This document shows positions 1 to 9,577 of a DNA stretch of 64,000 nucleotides, in pieces. This DNA comes from Candidatus Cloacimonadales bacterium (GTDB lineage: Bacteria; Cloacimonadota; Cloacimonadia; Cloacimonadales; DAONDQ01). Location: assembly GCA_963662275.1 (NCBI GenBank), contig OY759316.1:2368001-2432000 (forward strand). The letters run 5' to 3'. A model generated the notes under the pieces. That model had not been told where the DNA came from. It did no database searches and saw nothing but the letters and a program-made list of their open reading frames with translations. Positions within the stretch are counted from its first letter, which is position 1. Each line of letters starts with the position of its first letter. Position numbers and translations under genes: made by a program.

Positions 1-291
1 CCTGTTATTATGACGAAACAAGTATCGCTGAATAACTATCCAAATCCTTTTAATCCAGAAACTACGATTCAGTTCTCAATTCCTGTAAAAGGAAAAGTGA
101 AGATAGATCTCTATAATATCAGGGGACAACTGATAAAATCACTTCTTTCTGCTAATATGGAAGAAGGAATGCATTCCATTTCCTGGAAAGGATTGAATCA
201 AAACCAGGAACCGGTTGCTTCACAAGTAATTCTTTGCCGGATGCAATACCAAGGTGGCAATTATACAAAGAAGATTGTCTTGATGAAGTAA
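1..291 (+). CDS. 3' end of a secreted protein with FlgD-Ig/T9SS-like C-terminal domain (partial, starts before the window)
   Basis: Frame is open from base 1 (PVIMTKQ...). It contains NYPNPFNPETTI...YNIRGQ...WKG...KKIVLMK, the tail seen on other secreted proteins in the window. Confidence 0.85.
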   Translation, partial: PVIMTKQVSLNNYPNPFNPETTIQFSIPVKGKVKIDLYNIRGQLIKSLLSANMEEGMHSISWKGLNQNQEPVASQVILCRMQYQGGNYTKKIVLMK

Positions 292-357
292 CATTAAGAT
301 CATTGAATGTTAGGTAATGCCAGAAATATGTTACTTTAGGTAACTAGGGGTAACTTA

Positions 358-1005
358 TTGGAAAATAGATATATTCTAGTAGCTGGCATCATTCTGTTTA
401 TAGGTGTATGTGCCTATGCAAGCTATATGATGCTAGCTCCTATTGCCGATGATAGTTCATTGGACCTGATTCAAACGAATTTTGATCCAATCCAGATCAT
501 GGATTATTCAACGAAGTTACCCTCAATAACGAAAACCGGTGTCACATTTGATTTAAGCGCTAAGGCAAAGTATGAACTCTCAGGGGTGGTTGAAAGTACA
601 AAAGAATATAGCATAGATACTGTCAGCAGAATTGCACCTTACGATTATGCCATTTGTTGGGGAGATGTTCCTGAGATGGCGAAATATATGCATTTCAGTC
701 AATATGGTCGCTTCTGTAATTATACCTACGATCTTGACTCACCTGTTAATCCGAAGTATGTAGTCAGTCATATGTCAAATAATCATATGATCCCTTCCAA
801 TTCGAATATTAAAAGAGCTCTACCTCTTGCAAAAAAAGGAGATAAAGTCTTGGTTGGAGGGTATCTTGTTTGGGTTACAGGCAACCATCCTGCCAGGGGT
901 TCATTTCATTGGAATTCTTCCTTACGCCGTGATGATTGGGGTAATGGAGCATGCGAGATCATTTATGTGACTAAGCTGCAAATTAATGATAAGGTGTATG
1001 AATAG
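358..1005 (+). CDS. Hypothetical protein with N-terminal membrane anchor (215 aa)
   Basis: TTG start after AGGGG; hydrophobic N-terminal segment; motif-like stretches SNNHMIP, GYLV, SSLRRDD, GACE. Function not recognised. Confidence 0.7.
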   Translation: MENRYILVAGIILFIGVCAYASYMMLAPIADDSSLDLIQTNFDPIQIMDYSTKLPSITKTGVTFDLSAKAKYELSGVVESTKEYSIDTVSRIAPYDYAICWGDVPEMAKYMHFSQYGRFCNYTYDLDSPVNPKYVVSHMSNNHMIPSNSNIKRALPLAKKGDKVLVGGYLVWVTGNHPARGSFHWNSSLRRDDWGNGACEIIYVTKLQINDKVYE

Positions 1006-1031
1006 CTTATAATTAATAATGTGATGAAGAC

Positions 1032-1203
1032 GTGCTCATCTCCCTCCCTTTGGATAAAGAAGTGTTCATCTCCCTCCCTTTGGATAAAGGGAGGGATTAA
1101 GGGAGAGTTTGATTCTCTACTTCACTTATTCTACAATCTGTTGTCTCTTATTGCTTTTCAAACTCTCCGACCTGAAGGTCACCTCCCTTTATCCAAAGGG
1201 AGG
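1032..1203. repeat. Inverted doublet of palindromic REP-like elements (CCTCCCTTTggatAAAGGGAGG family) with a 30-bp tandem duplication
   Basis: Hairpin ccctcccttt-ggat-aaagggaggg at 1072-1095 with an inverted copy at 1182-1203; ggagagtttga (1102-1112) pairs with tcaaactctcc (1158-1168); 1032-1061 is duplicated at 1062-1091. Lies between convergent genes. Confidence 0.8.
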
Positions 1204-1251
1204 AATGGGCTAGTAGCCACCTCACTATTCCCTACTCTGTAATTCTTAGTT

Positions 1252-3330
1252 CTATTTAGCCTTCCATACTAAATCACTATTACTTGAAGGGGACAAATCC
1301 CCTGAATCTATCGGTTTATTTGCTTCTTTTGACAAGTCAAACACTTGCCAACTCTGATTCTGGTAATGAAACATCTTTCGGAAAGATGGAACTGCAGAAT
1401 CATCATTCCAGATATATAGTGTCATAAGCTTCTCATGATTGTAACAATTAACATCAGAAATCAACAAAGAAGCCAAAGGGTTATTATATAGCTTTCCATT
1501 AGCTTCAAAGGATTCTGGATGGATGATGTATAGGTGCTGTATTGATAGAGGAAGCGAGCTGAATATTCTATTGTCATTATATTTACCAAGTATGAAGAGA
1601 TTACGATTCTTCAAATCTTCTTCAGTTACGCTATCTGCGGGTAAAGATGTAAATTGATAGTCACTTTGTTTGAGCATCATTATGAGCATTTGCAAACGAT
1701 CCAGCGATTCTCCTTTTGTAGGAAGAATGATCAGCGGGTTAGCTGACATAACACGATTCAGGTTATATGGCATTTCATTATCAGAAATAGCTCTTAGTAT
1801 TTGATATTCAGGATCAACCGTTATTTTATTTATTTTTCCCCACGGTGTGAAAGAATAGGAAGCAGACACGTTCTTTATGGGAATATTCAGTTTTTCTGTA
1901 TTATCATCCATTTCAACATGAACAGGGACTCTCATTGCAAAGACGGGATTTTCCTGTTTTAAATTAATGACCCAGTTATGAGCAGAATGGGTTACACTTG
2001 ATATTTTGATCTGTGGAAGATCAAGACGATTCAGAGTTTCTTCACATAGCTTGTGAATATTCTCGGTATTATCAGGTGAGTTCTTTGTTAGAGCTACCTC
2101 AAAGTCATTCCAGGTTGCATACTTACCTAAGAATTTTCCAATCACTTGACGAAGTGAATTAAAAAATGCTTCTTTCCCAGTTAAATTATATAATTCATAA
2201 AAAAGCATGCTTCCTTTCTGGTAACCAATTACTGCATCATCATCGTTACGCTGGTAGCGGAAATCTGCGAGTGGATAGTTTTTCTCGGGTGCTAACTGAT
2301 TTATCGAAAATATGGCATTCTTACGATAATCTATCTGTTTTTCCCGATCTCCAGTCAATTCGTTCCAATAGTAATTCGAGCTGAAAGCCGTGAGTGCCTC
2401 ACACCAGTTACCTGTGCCAGGTTTTACCATGACACTATTTCCCCACCAATTATGACAAAACTCATGGGCTAAAGAGCCAGGATCTGTAATAATAAAGGGC
2501 ATCTTTACGATGTCCTTAGCTAATAGTGTATAATTTGGCATCCCATAACCGCTGGCAAAGAAGTTTTCCACCATACTGAATGAGGAAAAAGGGTAAGTAC
2601 CCAGCAATGGATAGTATTTATTATAAATATCCTCCATAGCATCCAGATAGGTATCTGCCAATTTCGCCTCTTCGGGTAACAAATAGACTGCCAGACGCTT
2701 TTCTCCTATATGCCGTTCCCGTACTATAAATCGGTTCCCGCACAGAGTTAGTCCATCCGTTGGGAGTTCAGTCTTCCAGGAATACACATTGTTACTTCCT
2801 TTCGCTAGTTTGCTTTCGTTTCCGGAAGTAATCAGGGAAAATTCCTTCAAACACGTCGCAATCACTGAATAAAAACTTAATTCTTCATCTTCATGCATAG
2901 GATACCAACTACCCGATGGGAGAAATATACCTTCGCCTGGAGAGTCCGAAATCATACCTCTGCTGAAATCATGTCCCTGGTTAAGGTTTCTTCCCTGTAA
3001 GGCAAAAAATATCTCTCCTTCGTAAGATATTGAGTAAATAGAGGCATTCTTCTCAGGAAAGATCGTGATTGAATTGTATCCAGATGAATCAGCCTTAATT
3101 TCGTACTTGATTTTCTTACCATTTGTCTTAATCGACTTAATATTTAAATTGGAGGGTAGATAGAGTGTGTCAGGTTCTATCAGGACAGCTATATATTCAA
3201 TGCTATCCGTAGCTTTCAGGATGTGATTGGCGGGATCAAGTTTCATGACTATCCTATGATTTTTAATTGGAAAAGAATACATATTTGTGAATAGGATTAT
3301 CAAGGCTAGCAGAATGAAAAAACGATTCAT
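1252..3330 (-). CDS. Secreted M1-family (gluzincin) aminopeptidase
   Basis: Signal peptide; LAHEFCHNWWGN (HExxH) with downstream NWCEAL glutamate; YQKG catalytic Tyr motif. Confidence 0.85.
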   Translation of the reverse strand: MNRFFILLALIILFTNMYSFPIKNHRIVMKLDPANHILKATDSIEYIAVLIEPDTLYLPSNLNIKSIKTNGKKIKYEIKADSSGYNSITIFPEKNASIYSISYEGEIFFALQGRNLNQGHDFSRGMISDSPGEGIFLPSGSWYPMHEDEELSFYSVIATCLKEFSLITSGNESKLAKGSNNVYSWKTELPTDGLTLCGNRFIVRERHIGEKRLAVYLLPEEAKLADTYLDAMEDIYNKYYPLLGTYPFSSFSMVENFFASGYGMPNYTLLAKDIVKMPFIITDPGSLAHEFCHNWWGNSVMVKPGTGNWCEALTAFSSNYYWNELTGDREKQIDYRKNAIFSINQLAPEKNYPLADFRYQRNDDDAVIGYQKGSMLFYELYNLTGKEAFFNSLRQVIGKFLGKYATWNDFEVALTKNSPDNTENIHKLCEETLNRLDLPQIKISSVTHSAHNWVINLKQENPVFAMRVPVHVEMDDNTEKLNIPIKNVSASYSFTPWGKINKITVDPEYQILRAISDNEMPYNLNRVMSANPLIILPTKGESLDRLQMLIMMLKQSDYQFTSLPADSVTEEDLKNRNLFILGKYNDNRIFSSLPLSIQHLYIIHPESFEANGKLYNNPLASLLISDVNCYNHEKLMTLYIWNDDSAVPSFRKMFHYQNQSWQVFDLSKEANKPIDSGDLSPSSNSDLVWKAK

Positions 3331-3494
3331 ATAATTACTCCTGATTTACGATGAGCTATGTTGTTTATTAATAATCTGAAGTGTCAATAAGTAATTGGAT
3401 TGCTATCTTCAGATGGTACTATGTGCTCTGTTACTGGCTTCTTTAAGGACATGGACTAAAGTCTACACAGCATTGTCAGGATTAAAATGTTCCA

Positions 3495-5606
3495 ATCGAG
3501 TAGGGTGATGCTGGCTAATTAATTCCAGCATCATCCCTCTCACAGAACCGTGCGTACGGGTCTCGTACACGGCTCCTGATAATCCTTGTAATTACTCGTA
3601 GTAATTAAATAAAACACTTGTCTGAAGTGATGTCAAATCAAACAACTTCATTTCTTCAAACCACTTGTTCGGCAAGGCAAAGCATAAGTGGAAGCTCTGA
3701 GCGTTACGCCATCTGGTCATAGATAGTTTTGGGCATTCTCCCTTGAAGCCTTGTCTGCGCATTGCTTTATGGAATGCTTTCCAGCTCTTCCATTCACGCA
3801 TCTTCTTCATTCGAAGCCTCCTTCGTATCCATTCCATCAGGCTCGCAAAGATGCTTTTACAACTCGCAACTTTGAAATAGTTACCCCATCCCCTTAGTAC
3901 AGGATTCAGGCTTCCTATCGTCATGGATATTGGGATGCCACTGTTGCGGGGAGTAAGCTTACGTATCTTATCCTTGAAACGTTTCAAACGCTCCTTGTCG
4001 ATGCAGACACGGCTTCCTTTGATGAAAAATCCCAGATAGCTGATTCCTGTTTCGACACTGCTGATATGAGTCTTTTCCAGATTGACTTGCAAGCGAAGTT
4101 CTTCAAGTATCGCTGTCGCTATCTTTTGATATTGCTCTGCCTTTTTCCTGGTCGGAGCAAATATCAGGATGTCATCAGCATAACGTACTATCCTGATATT
4201 CCGCTGTTTCATCCTCTGGTCAAACTCATCCAGATAGATATTCATCAATAAGGGTGAGATTACTCCACCTTGCGGACTGCCTATCTCAGTAGCTTTGAAA
4301 TCCCCATCGACCATTACTCCTGATTTGAGAAAACGGCTGATTAATCTCAGCAATGTACCATCACTGATTTTCCTGTTCAGACGGCTCAATATCAGTTCGT
4401 GGTCTAAGGTGTCAAAACACTTGGATAAGTCCATATCCACAGCATAACCCAAATTGTACGCTGTAAGAAAACGCTGAGCTTTCGCTACGGCATGTTGGCA
4501 AGACCGATGCGGTCTGTAGCCATAACTGGACGGATGGAAGTCAGGCTCAAATATCGGTTGTATGATATTCAGGATTGCCTGCTGCACTACTCTGTCTCTT
4601 ACCGTTGGAATGCCTAGCGGTCTCATTTTGCCATTGGGTTTGGGTATCTCTACACGTCTTACCGGTGAAGGCTCATAAGTGCCTGCCATTAGTTCATCGT
4701 GAAGTTGGTTGATGTTCACTACCAGTTGTTCGTCAAAGTTTTCTAGACTCTGCCCATCAATGCCTGATGCACCTTTATTCTGTTTCACCGAAGTGAAGGA
4801 AGCATACAGGTTGGACAGTGAGTACACTTTGTCGATTAAACTGTAGTATTTTCTCATGACATTTCCTGTCTCATTGTGATTCGTTTTGCGGTGTTCATCG
4901 AGGATGAATGTCTCTTCATCAGGGTGTCCTGCCTTCTTTAGCATATAGCAATATGACAGAACTGCTGCTTTTGAGCTTTGCCTGACTAATCAGTCTCGTG
5001 CGGTCGGGGTTGAAAGGAAGTTCGTCACCACTGTCAAACCGAGCCTCGAAGCATTTCAGCTTCTTCCTTCGTTTCTCACTTTTCATCGATTACTTTCCAC
5101 ATTTCAAATCATCCCTTTGGATTATCTTCATCCCTTCGCATGAACTGTATCCTTTTGAGATACAGCCCTCAGCATTACCGTGAATGCTGTCCCTTTTGTT
5201 TTATCCTCCAGACTGTCACCAGCTTTCATAGGCAAAAGGTTAATCACTACTACGGAATCATCTGCCACCTGCTATCGCTTGGCTTCTCACTTATCTTTCA
5301 ACTTGATCGAAGCTACTACCTTAAGTAGACAATAACAGGCTTCCCCAGTTAAGTTTTCCTGCCTGAATATGAAGCCATCTGTCATAATCTGTAGAGTTAT
5401 CCAGCTTTCGGGCTTTCCCACTTTTAGAAAGGTTACCCACTCTACAAACCAACATCAGTTCACTTGCGCTATGTTCCATATTCCCTCTGCGTCTTACTTC
5501 AGACCCTGCCGTTGCCGGCAACGCCCTTGACCTCGAGTTGACTTCCCGCTGATTAGGTGTCAGGACTTCTTCCAGTCCATCGGCGCAGAAAACATTCTGG
5601 GCAAAC
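3495..5606 (-). mobile_element. Group II intron (class C-like, terminator-targeted), apparently complete
   Basis: Minus strand starts GTTTGCCC right after a terminator hairpin. Domain V GAGCCGTGTACGAGACCCGTACGCACGGTTC and a domain VI hairpin ending CCCTACTCGAT follow the RT ORF. Confidence 0.9.
3592..4857 (-). CDS. ltrA: Group II intron reverse transcriptase/maturase, no endonuclease domain
   Basis: RPLGIPTVRDR, PQGGVISPLL, RYADD and domain X (LRGWGNYF). Start placed at MRKYYSLIDK; the frame is open to 4944. Confidence 0.93.
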   Translation of the reverse strand: MRKYYSLIDKVYSLSNLYASFTSVKQNKGASGIDGQSLENFDEQLVVNINQLHDELMAGTYEPSPVRRVEIPKPNGKMRPLGIPTVRDRVVQQAILNIIQPIFEPDFHPSSYGYRPHRSCQHAVAKAQRFLTAYNLGYAVDMDLSKCFDTLDHELILSRLNRKISDGTLLRLISRFLKSGVMVDGDFKATEIGSPQGGVISPLLMNIYLDEFDQRMKQRNIRIVRYADDILIFAPTRKKAEQYQKIATAILEELRLQVNLEKTHISSVETGISYLGFFIKGSRVCIDKERLKRFKDKIRKLTPRNSGIPISMTIGSLNPVLRGWGNYFKVASCKSIFASLMEWIRRRLRMKKMREWKSWKAFHKAMRRQGFKGECPKLSMTRWRNAQSFHLCFALPNKWFEEMKLFDLTSLQTSVLFNYYE

Positions 5607-5638
5607 TAAAAAGAGGCAGGATTTTCTTCCTGCCTCTC
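5607..5638 (-). terminator. Rho-independent terminator of the 5681-7696 gene; intron insertion target
   Basis: Minus strand AGAGGCAGG-aagaaaat-CCTGCCTCT followed by TTTTA, then the intron 5' end. Confidence 0.85.
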
Positions 5639-5680
5639 ACTATTCCGTTTTACCGGTTGCTTGTTATTCTTAACTTATTT

Positions 5681-7696
5681 TTACTTTACAATCACCATTT
5701 TCTTAGTAGTATTGATACTAGGCGAGTTGAGCTTGTAGAAATATATTCCACTACCGCAAACTGCACCCTTTTCGTTACGACCATTCCAGGTGATCTTGTA
5801 CGAACCGGCTTGACGGACATAAGTCTTTACAGTCTGTCCAAGTACATTGTAGATTATTAAAGTAGCTGTTTCACCTGTCTTAACATCCATTGCAATGTTA
5901 GTGGAAGTATGTTCATTGAATGGATTTGGATAAGCTTTTCTGAGCACTGTTGTGATTGGTATAATTGGAGTATTGTCATGTGTATTTACGACCACATAAT
6001 TGCTGAAGCTGTTTGTGCCATCGAAATTAATCATCTCCAACCAATAGTAATATGTGGTTTCAGGATCTACTTCACTATCTACAAAATCGTAAGTGTGCGT
6101 TGAACTGGTATTTGTACCATTGATTAATCTACTGTTAACTTTTCTTGCAGTAGCAATTATACCATCATCTGACCGTAGAACATTGAAACCGAGGTTGTTA
6201 GTTTCTGATTGTGTAATCCACTGCAGGCTAACGAACATATCTGCAGTAACAGTAGCAGCAAATGATGACAATTCCACAGGAAGCTCAACATTTTCTACAC
6301 CTAAAGTATAGATATCCCGATCATGATCTGTCAATAATTCGTTCCTGCGGTCCATCCAGGCATAAAGAGCTTTGCTATCGATATTGCTGACAAGCATTGG
6401 ATAAGTCTGATTCATAGGAGTTTCTCCAACTTGCCAGGTGCAGATTCCGAAGCCATTAGCCTGACCTTCTCCAGTAAAACCACCTGTTGCATCCAGATGA
6501 TTACCGTATATATCATAACCATTTGTTAACAAATTCCGTCCATCCTGCCAAACGATATGAGCTCCGTCAAACCCGTCTGAGACTGCTTGCGGATATAATT
6601 GATCACCAACAACATCACAAACAGTTACAGGAATACCTGTATTCCAGACGAGTGAACCGGAAGTTGAACCTGTTACCTTTTGAGCATAGATATCAAAATC
6701 AGTGGTGATATTGTCATACCAAACAATGATAGCAGAATTTGTACCAGCGCTAACAATTGATGGATTCAAAGAAGTATAGGCAGCATATCGTAAGCATATC
6801 CCGTTCGATGTCCATTGGATATTATCACTAAAGACTCTTTGGACATAAAGGTTGTATTGAGCCCCATTAACGAAGTCTTCCCATACTATAATTGCGCTTC
6901 CAAGTCCATCATTGACTAACTTTGGATTTACCTGGTTATAAGCGGCAATACATGCAGGTACTCCACCGCCTGACCATACGATATTACAGCTTGTGTCAAA
7001 TCGTTGGGCATAGATGTCTATACCGGCATAAATATCATAAAAATACTGCTCATAGGCAACAATAGCTCCACCGGCACCATCAGGGCAGACTTCTGGATTG
7101 ATTTGGTTATTTGCATCAATCTGGAGAGGAGATCCATCAGCAAGACCGAGTAAGCTGCCCGGTGAAGTAATATGCACAGCATAAATGTCATAATCAACAT
7201 TTCTGTCATCAGACCAAACAACGAAGGCACCACTAGCACCATCAGAAGCCATTTTAGGGGGTGATTGGGTTGAAGGATCCGTACAAATAGCAATACCATT
7301 GAGTAACCAAGCTGGATCACCATTGGAGTCTATCCTTTGGGCATAGATATCATAATTTCCATTACGCATATCCTGCCAGGCAATAATTGCTCCACCGACT
7401 CCATCACTAACCATGGACAGTTGCCCTTGTTCATAAAGAGAACTGCAGACGATTTTGCCGTTGATAGTCCATTGCATCACACCCATTGAATTGAATCTTT
7501 GAGCCCATATATTGAAGTTCCCTGTTGCACGTGAATCCTGCCAGGCAACAATAGCGCCACCTACACCATCACTAACGATGATTTGGGAATTTTGGTCATT
7601 GACAATTTTAACGACCGGAATACAAGTTTTCACATCTGCAGCCCAGATGCTGAAGCTAACGACGAGTAGAAGAATAAGAATTAATGTCTTTTGCAT
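5681..7696 (-). CDS. Secreted repeat protein (probable beta-propeller) with LPVELSSF domain and FlgD/T9SS-like C-terminal domain
   Basis: Signal peptide MQKTLILILLL; about 7 repeats of DGxGGAxxxWxDxR...DIYAQR; tail YPNPF...WNG...SGIYFY...KKMVIVK. Confidence 0.85.
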   Translation of the reverse strand: MQKTLILILLLVVSFSIWAADVKTCIPVVKIVNDQNSQIIVSDGVGGAIVAWQDSRATGNFNIWAQRFNSMGVMQWTINGKIVCSSLYEQGQLSMVSDGVGGAIIAWQDMRNGNYDIYAQRIDSNGDPAWLLNGIAICTDPSTQSPPKMASDGASGAFVVWSDDRNVDYDIYAVHITSPGSLLGLADGSPLQIDANNQINPEVCPDGAGGAIVAYEQYFYDIYAGIDIYAQRFDTSCNIVWSGGGVPACIAAYNQVNPKLVNDGLGSAIIVWEDFVNGAQYNLYVQRVFSDNIQWTSNGICLRYAAYTSLNPSIVSAGTNSAIIVWYDNITTDFDIYAQKVTGSTSGSLVWNTGIPVTVCDVVGDQLYPQAVSDGFDGAHIVWQDGRNLLTNGYDIYGNHLDATGGFTGEGQANGFGICTWQVGETPMNQTYPMLVSNIDSKALYAWMDRRNELLTDHDRDIYTLGVENVELPVELSSFAATVTADMFVSLQWITQSETNNLGFNVLRSDDGIIATARKVNSRLINGTNTSSTHTYDFVDSEVDPETTYYYWLEMINFDGTNSFSNYVVVNTHDNTPIIPITTVLRKAYPNPFNEHTSTNIAMDVKTGETATLIIYNVLGQTVKTYVRQAGSYKITWNGRNEKGAVCGSGIYFYKLNSPSINTTKKMVIVK

Positions 7697-8071
7697 GTTT
7701 TTTATATAAATAGTACAGCTTTCTTCTGTACTCCCTTCACTCAAAGACATACCCGTTGCACATCTAGCTACAATTTTATTATCACTGCACCAATTAGTTA
7801 ATCATGAAATCTGCAAATGCCAATTTTTATTTTAGCATAATTTGAATTTCTTGAAATACTATAAGTTTTTTATCATTTCAAATTTCTCTTATACATACAT
7901 AACTTGGCTTCAGATGGTTATATTAAAAAAATTGACCGTTTAATCTCACTATAAACACTCTTTTGGTTTTTTAAAATCTTTCTTTAAGTCTTGACGAACA
8001 TAAAGATTCAAATAAAGATAGCATTTCGATGAAAATGGTTTTCGCTACTGAGGATGAAAGCTGAGTTCTCC

Positions 8072-8175
8072 GAGTGAACTGATTTATCTATTTGTATCGA
8101 GGAGACGACATTTATACAACCTTGAGTATAGTATCGCTTCATTTCGATACAATTTCTCCTTCGTCGAAATCACTC
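8072..8175. repeat. Imperfect inverted-repeat doublet (REP-like)
   Basis: gagtga...ttgtatcga (8072-8100) is mirrored by tcgatacaa...tcactc (8144-8175). Confidence 0.5.
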
Positions 8176-8242
8176 AATGAACCGTGTATTCTCTCGTTCG
8201 ATACTTTAGCTTTCATGTAAGCCAAAATCATTAGGAGGTATT

Positions 8243-8578
8243 ATGTCATCAAGACAAGAAATCGCAGATTTTATCGTAAGCCAAATCCAACCACTCGGAT
8301 ATGTGACTGCCAAGAAGATGTTCGGAGAATATGGTTTATTCTGTGAAGGTAAGATGGTAGCCTTGATATCTGATGACCAGTTGTACATCAGACCAACAGT
8401 ATCAGGCAAAGAATTCATCGGAGATGTGGAAGAAGCACCACCCTACCCTGGAGCAAAGAATTATTTTCTCATCCCCGAAGATCAATGGGATGATGCAGAA
8501 TGGCTGAGTGAGCTGATTCGTATCACTGAGCCTGAAACACCGCTGCCAAAGCCGAAGAAGAAGAAAACTAATAGCTAA
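8243..8578 (+). CDS. TfoX/Sxy N-terminal domain family protein
   Basis: AGGAGG RBS; KKMFGEYGLF...ALISDDQLYIRPT...PPYPGAK motifs. Confidence 0.88.
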   Translation: MSSRQEIADFIVSQIQPLGYVTAKKMFGEYGLFCEGKMVALISDDQLYIRPTVSGKEFIGDVEEAPPYPGAKNYFLIPEDQWDDAEWLSELIRITEPETPLPKPKKKKTNS

Positions 8579-8611
8579 TAACTAATAACTAAAAGTCGCA
8601 GAGATGGATGT

Positions 8612-8660
8612 CCTTCCCTTTAGACAAAGGGAAGGTGGCACGAAGTGACGGATGAGTTTA
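8612..8660. repeat. Copy of the CCTCCCTTT...AAAGGGAGG palindromic family
   Basis: ccttcccttt-agac-aaagggaagg followed by a second small hairpin and gagttt, the same layout as the reverse complement of 1158-1203. Confidence 0.7.
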
Positions 8661-8936
8661 TTCTTCTTTGTTGTAGAGTAGGACTCCGATCCTGCTTCCT
8701 GCTCTTCAATCCGCAGGATGCCACTCTGTTAGCCCAGGAAGTCCTTACTGGGTTAACGTTAATAAAAGAAAACCGCCTGAAGTCTGCGCGACACGAGTCC
8801 GTTAGGATGGCATTATCCAAACTTCCCTGGGATTCATATTACCTAGTGAATGGTTATTTATAAAACATTAGGCAAGTCCTGGGTGAATGTTATTAATAAC
8901 ATTCCATTGTGGTAAAAAGAGCATATATATTTTCCA

Positions 8937-9045
8937 AACCGCTCTTGAACCGCTCTCAAATGATCATCTAACCACCATCTAACGATCATCTAACCATCAT
9001 CTAACCAGTACCTAAAGTATTTTAGTTTTTGGCTAGTTCATGGTT
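8937..9045. repeat. Degenerate 11-bp-period array (7 units) followed by inverted units
   Basis: aaccgctcttg/aaccgctctca/aatgatcatct/aaccaccatct/aacgatcatct/aaccatcatct/aaccagtacct, then agtttttggct/agttcatggtt, roughly the reverse complement. Confidence 0.75.
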
Positions 9046-9577
9046 ACTTCGTATTTAACTATTAATTTCATGGTGGTTTAGGAGCCGTTCGTGTGCCTTC
9101 CTGTTTCCTACCAGTCATACTTCCTCAAAAACAAAGATTCTAATTACTTGACAATTAGTTCTAATATTTAATCATATGTCAGTTAACATAATAATTATTA
9201 CTAATGTGAAATAATAAAGAAGATGGGAAGTACAAGATTATATATTTATTTTTGAACAAAAATAGTCAAATCCGGAGTATAGCAAGGCACATGTTGTAAT
9301 TGTATCGAAAAACAAAGTTGTGAATTAATAGAATGTAATTACAATCTGATTGCTTATTAGTATAATCCACAACAATGCTTTTTCATATCTGATAGTACAT
9401 GATAGTAGTCCATTGTATAAGGAATTTCTGGACAAACTTAGAATGAAGTTGAAATTTGTAAAATGGTAAGAGTCAGAGAAATAAATCTAGTTGCAAAACT
9501 ACGATTTGAATCTTCAGGCATTAAGTTTATGAATCCAAATATTTATAATTGAGTTTAATTCTAAGGGGTTAATTAGA

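Noticed and set aside
1021..1242. 73-aa ORF (also 8620-8863 and the N-terminal extensions of 17230-17544 and 45079-45651)
   Set aside because: These are translations of palindromic or tandem repeats without protein-like features.
3592..4944. DGR, retron or defence reverse transcriptase
   Set aside because: It has a maturase domain X and is enclosed by group II intron domains V/VI and a 5' end. No template/variable repeat pair was seen.
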